A DNA stretch of 63,846 nucleotides, the filler included, from Kipferlia bialata (taxonomy: Eukaryota): NCBI GenBank assembly GCA_003568945.1. It is 5 parts of 5 records of this genome, joined end to end, with 100 filler letters (N's around TTAATTAATTAA, not from the genome) between each part and the next. Parts side by side here need not be neighbours in the genome. Positions count along the whole stretch, not along the records: positions 36,241 to 47,361 come from BDIP01000497.1; positions 47,462 to 59,984 come from BDIP01000499.1; 3 more parts are not named here. One strand, written 5' to 3'. Shown here in pieces: positions 39,888 to 53,408 of this stretch (its first letter is position 1; the number at the start of each line of letters is the position of its first letter). The notes below the pieces were generated by a model. That model saw only the letters and a program-made list of their open reading frames with translations, did no database searches and was not told where the DNA came from. A program made the position numbers and the translations under genes.

Positions 39888-42800
39888 TCACCCAAGTCCA
39901 TCCAACACCCTTGTCAGACCCTTCAAACCGAGTAGCCTGGCCAACCTATAAACCTGTCCCTTCAAGGGCATGTACTGGGCTGTAGTGTATGTTTGTAGGA
40001 CGCTCTCATACTCCACCCCTGTTCCGTATGCATCCTTTTGTATAGCCTTGTCCATTACTTCACTCTCAAGCCTGATGTTTGTGGGTCTTCTAGGTAGGAG
40101 AAGAATAGTTCTAACGCCGGTTGCTATTATGCCCTCACAGAGCCCTGAGAGAGTCATCAGCATTGACATACACTGAACCCAGTATTCTACTCGTACATAC
40201 CCCATAACATCCTTGTGGGGACCCCAGTGATTGTTAGTTGACAGAGCCATAACACACCGCATCAAAAGGGTCTGTATCCTTGAGAGCACACTGTACGGGA
40301 ATGATATACACGATGGGAGCGTCGACTCTACCTGGGTATGTAATACTTACTAAGGATGAGCTAAGGGTGAAACATGTCATTGTTAGGGAGATACCCCTCA
40401 CCTCCGGCATTCCCCTCAACAGTTCAGTCTTGTCCAACAAGGACAGAGACTCCAGCCAAACGCACATGGCCTGTGCCTGCCGGAAGACGTATACTGACGA
40501 CTAGCAGAGTGCCGAAAGTAAGGCTGTTTAAACACAGTTACACAATAATACAGTTTGATACAGTTTCAATGGGTACCAACCTCTATAGTGAGACTCGAGA
40601 CACAGTCTTCGCTTGCTGCTACGACCATGTCTCGGACTAAACCCGTTGATCCCATAGGCAGAGACTCTAGCACCCCCGTCTGCTTGGCTAGTACAAGAGC
40701 AATCCTAAGGGTGAAATATGGCTACGTCACACGATACAATCATTGGTACTTACCCGGCTGCGTGGAGCATGCTAGTATCACCCCTATGTAGACAGGAACT
40801 ACATGAAACACGGCCATCGTTGGGGATATGACAGCTTCCAAGCCCTAGTGCGATACATGCCAGGAATACGTAGAGTAACTGAAGGTAAGAACACACACAC
40901 ACACACTTCACAGACCTGGGATACAAGAGAACACCTCAGGATATGGGAACTGTCGTAGAACACAAAGACGACGACATGTGCAACTGTAGTACACACTTAT
41001 ACCTGGTGGTTGCTGGTGCACAACATCCCCACTTCACTTCCTAACACAGAGTGCATCATGTGGTAGGCCAGGGCTAGGGAATCCAAACAATGCTGTGACG
41101 ACCCGGGACAACCCAGTTTTCTGTACATGACCTCGATTGAGAGGGAGTATGACATGAGTGCCTGGAGTTATCAAGGTAGTGGGGGTGGTCCGGCACGCGG
41201 ACGGGGCCTACTAAGTGGCAATATAGTAATCACCTGCAATGCAACACCGGTACTCTGTAGACCCGAGCATATGAAAAGGTACACGGCCCCTGCTGGGAGG
41301 CCGTACCCCTGTGTGGCCCGCATTAGTAGTCGAGTGTCATAGTGGATATCCGAGAGCATCTGCTGGAGTGCGTGCCTGGTGTGAGTGCGTCCACACTCTA
41401 TTCAGGAGAGTTCTTTGCATCACCATTGGATTATAAACGAGGTCGGTTCCGAGTCTGAACTTCCGACCCAAGAATCTACCTGCAACGCCATTTCTCCACA
41501 CCCCACATACACCATGAGTTGTATACCTAGTGTGACTGTCTGCCAGGTAGCTGTGGTACTTGTACGTGAAGTCGCGTCTCTGGGACCCACTGCAGACACG
41601 AATAGGGTCTGTGAAGAGAGAGAGCGGCAGTGATGGCATGGTGATAGTACTAGAGTTGTCTCGTCTACTGGGGAGCAACACTGTAGGAATGAGTGTCTCA
41701 GAGTCACCGTCTGTCACATACTTGTCTAGACTTCCATCTGCAGAACTATGGATGTCAAAAGTCCTTGGCCTGGTTTCCAGAGAGTTCGTGTAACTAAAGG
41801 CCCGTAGGTGCAGCCTGAAGTTGTACACAGTTAAGCACCCTGCGGTCAGAGACTACCAAGAGTATTCAAAGTGTGAAGTATCATACTTATGCTAACGCAC
41901 CGTATAGTGTAGCAAAATTGACTACACTCCATAGCAGTCGACTCTTTGTCGGCCACTTTCCACTCCTTTACATGTCTACGTACCACATATCAAAGAGGGT
42001 CTCATGTCGGCTGTTCGAGAGTCCACAAAGTTGACATAGGAGTCAGGCATCACAACCTGTCATTGTCAGTGGGAGCTAAAGAGACATCCCATGGTCCTCA
42101 CAAGAATAGAATATGAAGTCGACTCAGCCAGAATGAACACACTAATGAACTGGCTGTGAGCATTATCACTTGTGTGTTACCTTGGTCTTGTCGTCTAATG
42201 CAAACCTCACGAGACCCACAGAGTGATAAGACGCAGGTGTATCCTTACTGTTCATACCCTCTAACAGGCTGTGTAAGAGGCGGGTATTCGACATATTGGT
42301 AACTAGAAAAAGAGGACTGCTTGGTTGTACCTTGCTGTATATCTCGCTGTCTCGGTTGTCATGTTTGCTAGGGCTGCGCCCAAGGCTGTCTTTGACTGAC
42401 ATAAGACATATACTCCCTAGATATCTGACCACAATGAGTGTGTAATACAATGCTGATTCCATGAAACTCTGAATATCATACTCGGATGCTGAAGAACCGA
42501 AATGCTAGTTATGTGTAGAGACTCACATTCAGAGGCATCTGGAACATTCTGAACCACTGCATTGTGGTAAGAGAGTACTTCTCTTGGCAAATGGTGAAGA
42601 ACGGTACCTGCGTTAGTAAGTCGACCCATAGTTGTTATAGGCACTGGGTCTTATAGCCAAAATTGACAGTCAAGAATACGAGATGAGGAGCGCAAACACT
42701 GGTGTGTGTTATACCTGAAAACACCTTGCCAGAACACCTTTGGGTGGGGCTGCGACAGGTGGGAACAGAAGTGCGTGTCTTAGAGGTGGAGGGTTCGGAA

Positions 42801-44733
42801 TGGGCATCGCTGGATTTGTGAGGGGCTCTATGCGACTTGTCATGGCTACTGGTAACCATTGAGAGTCTCCAACCGATTCTGGTGTGCAAGGCTGTCTAAA
42901 GACGGTATGTGAGAGCACCAGACCTGTTCCAAGGTGGAAAGAGCATAACTTGACAGCAGTGTGGAACATAGTCATGGAAGCCTCGTCCAGCATATCCACA
43001 AGCAATCGCTCGAACACCTTGCTCTCGCTGTGCAAGGAAATACCAGAACATCCCAGGGACAGTGTTTCCTGAGGGGGATGCAGTGCTGTTGAATAGTGGG
43101 CTACAAAGGAAGTCTTCCTCAGCCACTTTCTAGGGTCAGAATCAGTAACGATGCAACCATATCCCATGAGATCTAAAGCCGTATTTCCTGAACCCACCTC
43201 AGTGTCAATGATCTCTCCTCTGACAGTTGATGCTGGAACACCTTGTGGCGGTATCTCCCTGGCAGGCTGACTGCTGTTGTGATGAGGGCGAGGCCCAAGG
43301 CAGAGACGACAGGGGCACCTGTACTCGGGAACATACATATAGACATGTGTCGGTTGTCGTGTATGCCATAGGTGACCTCAGAGGGATCCCTTTCGCTAGC
43401 TAGCAGCTCAAATGTCTGAGGTTAGTTCGAGGAGATATGCCAGGTATGTGGCTAGACATGGTGATGTATCACCTCAGCAACAGGGACAGGCTGCCGGTTG
43501 TGATACTCCTCATCCACTAGGACCCACTTCATAAAGGAATGGAGTCGGGAGTGGGTACCTCTGAAAGATGGACAGACCTGAGTGAATAAGTGATACCCAC
43601 CCATGTAGCCCAATACTCTCTGGGGTGTACCAGTGACATAATATACCACAAATGTGTGTCATTGACTCACTCAATCACTCATATAATAGTAACCCCTCAC
43701 CTCTCTTGCTACTGTGGCTTTGCCCTCAGCCGATGCGACCCAGAGACACAGCCCGTGTACCAGGGGATCAGGCAAGTAAGGCAGAAAGATAGCAGCTCCC
43801 AGGGACACTACATATAAGGGGAGGAAGAACGTCTCTGGCGGCACACTGTCTTCCCTGGAACCCAAGCTCTCTAGACACCATGGAATAGTGACGCTCAAGG
43901 AAGCCAAAAGAGACAGGAGGTTAGTGACCTGAGTCAGAGGGGATTGGGCGGATGTCCAGATTGCATGAGAGCACCTCGTAACATATCTACGCTCCGACCA
44001 CCACGTGTACCTGGTATGGGGGTCTGGCCAGGCAACGGAATACGTGCTTTCCCTCACAACCACTACCATCGTCGGTATCACACACTGTGTTTGCAATATC
44101 GGTCTCTGCTAGGTGTACGTGGGTCATTACACTCAAGAGATATACAGTTGAGGTGGAAAGCCCAGCCAGAGCACTAGTAGTGGCGATATTGTATACCCAC
44201 AATGGAGTCGACTGACCAAAGACAGAGAACACAATATCACGCAGCAGCAGAGATGCCAACATGAGACCAAACCCGTGAAGCGGAAGGCTCAATAGATGTC
44301 TGGGTTGTGAGGTGGAACTAACACATATACCCATTCATAATGGCAGACTGACTGTTTACAAGTAGAGTGTCTATAGATGTACAACGTACCGCTCGTCGTA
44401 CATGTCGCCACTGGGGCTAGTGCCATCCGGGCCTGACACACCGCTATGGGCCAAGAATGTTCCCTGTGCCCAGCCGCCTCGTATTTGTCTTCTGTGTGCC
44501 GCCTCTGTCCTAATGAGAGACAGGAGTGTACCCACAGTGTACGCTTCATAGGTAGGATGCCAAAAGAGGCCCACCCTGAGTAGCATTATGATGGCTGGAT
44601 GCCATGTCACTGAAGAGCCCGAGGGAGCTGCGAGAGTCCTAATTCCTAGCCCTGCCACACTGAGTGTATATGCTGCCAGGGCATACTTGATGAGGCAGAA
44701 GTGGCTGAGGGTGGGTGTTAGGAGGGTAGGCAA
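39888..44733 (-). CDS. Probable multi-exon gene(s) of unknown function with hydrophobic N-terminal segments
   Basis: Series of minus-strand ORF pieces separated by plausible introns (e.g. about 43417-43472 with a CTAACCTCAG acceptor). TM-like segments at 43987-44733. Not fully reconstructed. Confidence 0.4.
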
Positions 44734-45985
44734 TTCAGCATGTCTACATTAATGGAAGTGTAGAAACTAGAGGTTCCGGTACCAATATCAATATGTGATC
44801 ATTGAACGTATACCACCCACCTCTCCAGCATCCGTGGCTCTGCATGCCACCGGGGATGACCCATACTGCACTAATTCCCTGTCCTCTTCACGATTAGCAG
44901 TTAGGGAGAGGGACGATGGGGGAACGGTGACTGGGACTGAGGGTATCTATCGCTCATGTGAGAATGCTGTATTCAGTTGGCGAACACACCAGCAGTAAAT
45001 GAAGGTTGGGCGTAGAGGACTGTAGAGTCTACAGTGTAAACACATTCATTGTGGGAGTCTCTCATACGTCAGTATGCATTATTGGCTGAGAGTACACATT
45101 GAAACTGGAGTATATATGTGCCAAACTGCAACCAGTAATGTAGAGTCTTCCAGTATATTATATATGTTACATTTTTCTGTGTCCCAGACTGCTTATGGCT
45201 GCTAGAGGGGAGACGGGGGCCATTCTTGGGACACTCTAAAAGATCTGGAGATGGTTCATACAGCAATTAGGTCAGGCCACATACTTCCGACAAGAGAAGT
45301 GTTGAACCGTGAACGTTGCTCATAGCAACAAGCTCTCAGACTCTCAGACCATATCTAAACAGCGCACTGCACAGGTCGGCTTGCGAGTTGCGTGGCTCTA
45401 GACCTCTTGGGTCTCTTCTGTTTCTTCTTGAGAAGCAGAACTGATATAGTAACTGGTTGTGAGAATACCAAGGATATATCAATCGGTTCCAGAACGATAC
45501 TTGCGTGATCAGACAGCACATTATGTATCACAATACTCAAGCAATGCAAATACATGAAGCTTGAAACGGTGACGGCACGACTAACCTGATGGTCCAACGT
45601 CGGGTAGGTAGAACAGAATGAGATATGCAATGGGCTCCAGGTACGGAATGGTGCCCCAGTGAGCTAGGGTTAGGTAGAGATATACTAGTGCCAAATACTA
45701 ACACATGAATGAGTACACAACCAGCTTTAGTGTAACTGGGCGGTCCCCAGGGAACGTACGGTAGAATAGGAACGCCGATCCCCTCAGCACTGTGAAGAGA
45801 CACCCCATGACACTGGACACGTATATCTGCACGATCAAGGGAGACAGGGAGCCGACATTGGACTGAGGTTAGGGAATAGTATGGAATTTCAACGAAGAGG
45901 TGACCAATAGAGTCAATTGAGAAATGTATCCACTCGTAGAGCATCCCACTATTATTGAAAGTTTTGGAGAGGAGGGGTCAAGATT

Positions 45986-47300
45986 CTACACGACAGTCTG
46001 ACATGCTGCGTGTACCTTGAGCATCCCACTTGTCGACTTAGAGAGCATGGACCTCTTCAGCATCCTGGGTGAGGGAGGGAGGGAGGGAGGGATGGAGGGA
46101 GGGAGAGAGGGGGAGGGGGAGAGGGGGAGAGGAAGATGGCAAGTACACCGGCTGTGTGGATAGACCATACAGACCCCTCCTCTGTCTACATGATAGTATG
46201 AGGCCACAGACACCAGACAGGGACCCCCACCTGATGAGACTGAGACCAGACACGAGAAAGAGGGCAGCAATCAATAGCCATGCCCCAGTGATGAAGTACT
46301 GGTCATGAGACAATGTATACGGAGGAGAAGACCCAGATGAATACAGATGAGAGAGGACAAGATGAGATAGGCCGTATATATTACTATGTTTGGATACTTC
46401 ATAATGCAACCCACCAGGTCATATTTGTAGAGGGGCAGCATTTCAAAGTCGTCGCTGGTGAACCCCGAGAGCCAGTAGCCAATATAGTAGCTGATGATAA
46501 TCACTGGTGTTAGAGGTCTATGGGATACCCAGGATATGTATATGTGAATGCTAGGGGACAATTGTATACTGTGCAACTGACGAGAGAGAGTCAGAGGTAC
46601 CTGACACCGCTGAGACCAGTAAAGTGAGGCCTTGAATGACTACACTGACAGGGCTCTTTCTACTGACACGCCTGAGATGAGGGAGAGACTGAGTGGAGGT
46701 ACTATAGGGGAGTGGGTGGGTACTAGAAGGCTTCCATCCATAGTGCACTCTGCATACCTAGAGGACACATTGAGGAGTCTGCTGGAGTAGAGAGAGAAGG
46801 AGACAAAGAGCAGGAGCGTGGCTAGTCTGGAGGTCAGCAGGGGGACGAGAGTAGATAGTGAAAGTTCATTGAACAGGTTACAGTTGAGAGTATATGGCAG
46901 ACCAACGAACAACAACAGAAACAAGATTGTGATTGTCATGTCTGGAGAGTAGACAGTAATGGGGGAGGATTGAGGGTGGTAATAGTTATAGTAGGAGGTT
47001 CAATACCTATTGAGAGAGAGCAGGGGCAGGAAAGGGACGTCAAGAGAGGACGGCATCAGAAGAGTCCACACAATTCTGGGGTAAGTCGAAGGAAGTGGCT
47101 GGTTGGAAGAGAGACACAGTGTAAGTGGTTATGGTCACAACATGGGGTGACTAGAGGGAGAGGTGAGAGAGAGGTGCAATACCTGACAACGTGTCCAGCC
47201 ATGGCCAGGAGCAGCATCCACTGGGGTCAGATGCGGAAAGGGGGGGGGGAGTGGCATGGGGAGGAGAGAGAGATGGAGCTATACATCGGGTATTTATTGA
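45986..47300 (-). CDS. 3' exons of a multi-pass membrane protein of unknown function
   Basis: Hydrophobic exons (LATLLLFVSFSLYSS, VIYTAYLILSSLICIHLGLLL) bounded by splice signals. Confidence 0.45.
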
Positions 47301-47361
47301 GACAAGGGGTTATTGTGGGGAGTGGGGGGGGGGGGGGGGGGGGGGGGGGGTTTGGTAAAAA

Positions 47362-47461
47362 NNNNNNNNNNNNNNNNNNNNNNNNNNNNNNNNNNNNNNN
47401 NNNNNTTAATTAATTAANNNNNNNNNNNNNNNNNNNNNNNNNNNNNNNNNNNNNNNNNNNN
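47362..47461. other. Artificial contig linker
   Basis: N44-TTAATTAATTAA-N44. Confidence 0.98.
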
Positions 47462-47502
47462 ACTTTGGTTACCAGCGGAAAGGTAACCAAAGTAACCGTT
47501 AC
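47462..47502. repeat. 12-bp perfect stem-loop plus a short palindrome at the contig start
   Basis: ACTTTGGTTACC-AGCGGAAA-GGTAACCAAAGT (47462-47493), overlapping GTAAC-C-GTTAC. Confidence 0.85.
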
Positions 47503-47671
47503 CCTGAGACCCTTGATGAATATTATGCACATACCTGCCACTCGTTGCATATGGTGTCATACGCAATGACAGAGGCATCGTAGGGGTGGAAGGTGGCCAG
47601 AAACCTAGTTGAGAAGGAACTATAGAGTGATGCCACTATGTGAATGTATGAGTTTAGACTCTTCTGTATAG

Positions 47672-49230
47672 TCACAGGCCCTGAAACAGGGAGGGACTAT
47701 TCACAGTAGAATTGTCATCGTTTGAGTACCTCCCTACAGCCATGCCCCTCCGTCTTTCCATGAGTGCCGCAGGTGGGTTCCACCTCACAGGGGCAGGAGG
47801 GGTGAGGGTAGTGTCCTCCCAGAGGCCTGGGGTCAGAAGCATAGTAATTGTCGCAATCCTGTATATGCATATGTGGTATATATATGGTGGTTCTACCATA
47901 TATGATAGAGACTATTTGATAGTAGGGTCGTGTCCTCCCAGAGGCCTGGTGTCAGAACGATGGTAACTCAATCATGTAAAGGTATATGTGGTGGCTCTAC
48001 CATTCTGGTTACCTTCTGATAGTGATTCTTTGACAGTGGAGACGCTTCACTAAGACAAAGCCATGTACAACTTGATGGATCATATTCAGTTAGCATTACC
48101 TCTCAGTGTGAACCTCCCCTCTCCTGTCACCCAGAAAGCATCCGACACAACCCCATACACCCCAGTAGACCTCACTCTCGGGCCTCCCTCGCACGTCCCC
48201 TCCTTCCACTCTGCCACGTCTGGGTCAAACAGGGCATATCTAGTGGCAGTAGGCCCTGGTTCTGTGGCAGCAACCTGAGCCTCCAGCATACTTCTAGTGA
48301 TATGATAGTGCCCTTGCCGTCTGAGTTTCCTTACCAGCTCTTCAGAGGCAGTGGAAGCTGGCATCTCTCCCAGACGCACGAGTACTCCATCTGACAGTCA
48401 GCGCGCTAGGTATTCGTTCGGTTACAACGATGATAGCGGGAGACAAGAAAGCCAGAAATGATTCCATTCCTTCACTATACCTAGCAAAGCAAATGAGTAT
48501 CTCTAGGAGAGTCCTAGTAGAAGTACAGGAATAGCATTCTTTCCTGGCACAAAGTCATAGACACAATACCAACGACAAGGCAAGACACTACTAGCAAAAG
48601 TTCATGAGTCCTTGCATTACCTAGCACAAATGAGTACACACAGTCCCACTGAGGAAGCCCCGGCACAGCGGTGATGCCCAGAGTGGCAAGGTCAAGTAAA
48701 CAGAGGGTGGGGTTGGGGTGCTCCTCTTCTGGGATCTCCCTCTCCCTCTCCCCCTCCTGCTCCATACCAGTTGCGGTGTACACTCTCTCGTGGTGGGGTA
48801 GATGAGAACTGAAGTGAACAGAGAGTGCAAATGATTTGACAGGAGAGAGTGTCTGAGTCTGGACGAAGTATCATGGGCATTATGATACAATACCTATGAC
48901 AAAAGTAGTATTGCTTTAAAGTCCACAGTCACGCGCGCAAATATACTCAGAACAGAAAGGCGGTGTCAGCAGAAGTACATGCTTCCTACCTCTTCAGCAC
49001 CATGTACACCCTGTCCCCCACTTGCCCTATGCACCTTGACAGCTTGTACCCACTGGGCAGAGCCACTCTCTGCACTGTCTCTACCACTGAGAGGTCCGGT
49101 GCAACAGTCACCACACTCAGACAGTTGACAATGTCAACTTGACATACACCCTGTCCCCCTTCTCCCTGATCTGCTCTTCACTGAGCCCCCCTATAGTGGC
49201 ACGATACCTCATCGCATATTGGTTCCCATC
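47672..49230 (-). CDS. Multi-exon hypothetical protein or decayed gene
   Basis: Coding-like exons (PTLCLLDLATLGITAVPGL; RYALFDPDVAEWKEG) with splice signals. Not fully reconstructed. Confidence 0.35.
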
Positions 49231-50248
49231 GATAGGGACCCTATCATAGGGCCGGTCTCTGTCACTAGTCGACGAGATGCAGGTCGGAGCGAACACATAT
49301 CGACTCTTGAGTCTGGTGATACAGTTGGGTGGACGAAGAGAAACTGGTAGGGTCCTGAGGTTAGTATGGTTTGTGTTGAGGTTAGTTTGGTATATGGAGT
49401 GTTAGAATCTAACAGAATCTGACAGAATATTACTTTGCTTTCAGTGAGTTTACTAATCACATATCAGGATCAGAGATTCTCGCTTACGAGGAGGCTAAAT
49501 GGGTGGTACATGTATTAGTGGTACCGGGCACATGAGTGGTATCAGTATCAGTATCAGAATCAGTATCGGTTAGTATGGTTGATGGTAATGTTAGTATGGT
49601 ATGTGGATTCTTTGATATACCTAGCACTGCCACTGGTATTGCTAGCAGTAGCTCTCTGTGTGCACATGGGTGTCTCCTACCAATAGGCTTTCAAAAATAT
49701 AGAGTAATGCCGTATTCTATATAGAATAACGATTATTCTATATAGAAATGGGGTCTATATCCCATTGGGAAGTTCCCCATGTGCACTGCTGTCTTGACAG
49801 GTGGGACACAGAGGCCGTTCCAAGGAATGTTCATCACCTTGTTCAATGTGAACATGGGGTTTCTGGCGTGATGGCACCACTGACGTCATTCCAGAGTAGA
49901 CAGCATATATGTTCTACACATCCGGATAGTTATAGACGATGTTACTTGCGCTATACTACATACGTACCTAGTGAAGCCAACACTGACGCTATTCCGGAGT
50001 ATATATACTACACCAGTGCATATACGTATATACCGATATAACAAAACTACTATACTATGTCACATAGTAACTATGTGACATTGTCACACATATTATGCAA
50101 GGTATTCTGTACGGTCAATCATACATTGACTCAATGAATCAGACATGATTGGAACATGGCTTCCATTGAGGTTATTGAATGGTGATATAGTACAACACAC
50201 CTCGTTGGCTTTGCTACCGTGGTCACTGTAAGTGGTAAACCACCCCTC

Positions 50249-51068
50249 TAGGTGATAGCCACCCTCTGGTGAGTATCTAGGCGAGCATAGACCACACCCA
50301 CATACCAGGGTGGATGGGTTGTATGCTTAGGTCAAGATAGGGTCAAGTGGTGATGGAGTGTAAAACTACAATAACAATACTACACAATGATATCGGTGGC
50401 TCTATATTTGTACAATATTCATTATACATCCCATATGTCGAGGATATGGAAGATACAGTAATGTGGCAACTACTTACTTCTGTCTGGATGCTCTATCCAC
50501 GTTATCCCTGTGCGTCTACGCATCTCTTTGAGCAGCGCATCTAGGGTCTCACATCTCAACTCCCACAGACCGGGAGGGAGACCTGGAGGATAAGGACCAA
50601 GCACATAGGTCCTCCCATAACACATACATATGCATAGACTATACTGGATACTTTACATATGCGCTTGTACACACCCTGTATTAACACACGTAGATACCTG
50701 AACTTGGTCTGTATGACTTTTACACATCCTTACTATGTCCGAACTGTTAGACTTATATACCTGAACTGGGTCTGTATGGCCCTGGTCCTCCCATCACACA
50801 AACACACATATATATAGTATACTGTATACTATTCTTTATACACACATACACTCTTGCTATGTCCGAATTGTTGGAGTTAGATACCTGAGCTGGGTCTGTA
50901 TGGCCCTGGTCCTCCCTTCACACATACATATGCATAGAGTATACTGTATATTATACATATGCACCTATACACACACCCTTACTATGTCTGATGTATACCT
51001 GAGCTGGGTCTGTATGGCCCCGGTCCTCCCTTGTGGTAGTGGTACAGGTACTTCCGAGAGTCGATCAT
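50249..51068 (-). CDS. Small spliced gene of unknown function starting MIDSRKYLYHYHKGGPGPYRPSSG/LPPGLWELRCETLDALLKEMRRR
   Basis: ATG at 51068 after an in-frame stop. The phase-1 donor at 50998 joins the only open frame of the exon at about 50478-50582. The 3' end is uncertain. Confidence 0.5.
50608..51030. repeat. Tandem array of exon 3' end + donor + intron head (spacings 114, 124 and 63 bp)
   Basis: ACCTGA(G/A)CT(G/T)GGTCTGTATG with the exonic part starting at 50999, 50885, 50761 and 50698, and similar intronic sequence between copies. Confidence 0.9.
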
Positions 51069-51547
51069 TGGAAGATGTGGCAGTTAATAAGAGATACAGA
51101 GAGACAGTGTGGTTGAAGCCCTCTAGACTACAATCCTTCAACTTGAGGGTCTCAAGAATCGGAGAATCGGAGAAGGGATTGACCAATAGAGAATCTCCTA
51201 ATTGTGAAGAAGTCTCAATTAAGCTTACCCAAGGCATTGTTAGCAATGCTGTCATAGCATCGTCTGAAAGAGAAACAAGAATACAGATGTGATAAGTACC
51301 ACAGCCGTAGAATTTATGCAAAAGACTGAGTCATATATGCTATATAATGAGTCAGTTTCCATGACCGATTCGATCGGTATGTCCAGCAGATACCAGTGAC
51401 AGGAAAAGACTCAAAGCAACGTGTGTTGAGTCAAATCTATTTGACAATGTCGCATGACCCACGAGTGACATATCAACCCTTGTCACACACACATTACATG
51501 AACTGCTCCATCCACTCGTTGCCTGTCACGAGACCTGTGCTGCACAC

Positions 51548-53373
51548 TATGTAGGTGTGGCCCTCCTTCTCCCCAAGGTGACGGAAGGCGGCAACCTCAC
51601 TCCTGGTGACACCGCCCTGCTGTCAGCTATGGCGTAATATTTGAATTATAGACTATCACAATACACACACACACAAATGGAAAGAGAATATTTGCATATA
51701 TACCCATATATATATATATATATATGCAGGTGTGCTGAGTACGTACCACAATGAACACCACACTGGCTGTCTGATCCCCGTAGGCGTCTCTCTCTCCCCT
51801 GGGCCTAGACGCCTCTCTCCCACTCTCGCTATCCTTCTCAGAGAAGCCACGGCTAGCACCCTGGTGGTCAATTAAAGTCAAACAGAGTCATTAATAGTCA
51901 ATATGGGTACCTTGAGTCCCTTGAGAAGTCTCCTGACCTCCCCCCTCTCCTTGAGGAATGAGGTGATGCCACTGGCAATGTTGTCCTGTAGTGAGAAAAG
52001 GGGGAAGAGAGAGAGAGAGAGAGACAGAGACAGAGATGGGAGGAAGTATATAGAGAAAATGTATAATTTCAAAAGAGAGAAAACATTTACATATGTATAT
52101 ATATATACCTTGAGGTTCTCGCTATCTCTGGTCCTCTCTCTCTCGAGGTCTCTCTCCCTCCCTCTCTCCAGCTCATGCATGGCAGACACAACCCTGGGAA
52201 TAAGGGTCTAGACGGAGAGAGAAAGTAAGGGTGCAGATGGGGAGAGAAGGCCACCAAATGAATACCTGGTCGTCATGGGTGCACACACATATATAGACGT
52301 ATACATTTATGCTCAAAACATATATACACATACTATTGTAAAAAGTATAATGTACACTAATAATCATTGTATGTTATACACTACTATATATACCTTGTTG
52401 TCATGGGTGCGTAGTGGCTGTACACACACATATATATATATTAATATATGAATATATATTCTCCATACATTATATATGTATAGTATATATATATATATAC
52501 CTTGTTGTCATGGGTGCATAGTGGCTGTAGACGTATCCCTCGCCCTTGGGCTTAGAACTGGACCCATCCCCTGGGGTCAGTATATACGAATTCACATTGA
52601 ATATTGTCTGGCCTCGTAAACATAAATGCCCACATCGTGTATATGATACATAATATATCTATACACAAATATATTATTGCAGAGACTAAACATTCTGCAC
52701 TCACCCTCTGAGATTGCTGCCACGTAGTCGTACTTGGTCAGGTGGTAGTGCCTCCTGGGGGTAAGGGAGGGGAAATGGTATATGTATATACATAAATACA
52801 TATGTATATACATATATATACATGTATATAATACTATGTGTGTTAAAACAAGGAGTTAAGTCAGGTGGTAGTGTCTCCTGGGGGTAAGGGAGAGAGAAAG
52901 AAAGGGGGAGAGAGAGGGAGAGAGAGAGAGAGTGGTAGTGCCTCCTGGGGGAAGATGGTAATTGAGACTATATTTCAGAAAAGAGAGAGTAACGACAGTC
53001 GCTGAATCCAGTGACATTATGACACCAAAGCAATAAAATATAGTCATATACTAATTACTTACTAACTCAGACAGACCATACAATACCCTATCCTACCTAG
53101 TCTGGTCCCACTTGTCCCCATAGCCAAGGGGGGGCACGGGGATCCTGAGGGTAAGGATACTAGTGCATAGAGATACGAGTATATATATATATATATGAAG
53201 AGTCCAGGGGCACAGGGATCCTGGGGGTGGGAATACTTCCATACTCGTATTATCCTATGTACAGAGATAATGGGTGGGGGATCCTGAGGCTCAGAATACT
53301 ACCATATTTATATATATCCTATGTAAAGAGATAATGGGTGGGGGAGACAAATAGGGAGAAGAGAGAGAGGGGG

Positions 53374-53408
<35 letters not shown>

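Noticed and set aside
50965..51321. LRR-like ORF (LETLKLKDCSL)
   Set aside because: A single weak motif. Splice phase and the silent-change pattern favour a different frame starting at ATG 51068, leaving this as upstream non-coding DNA.
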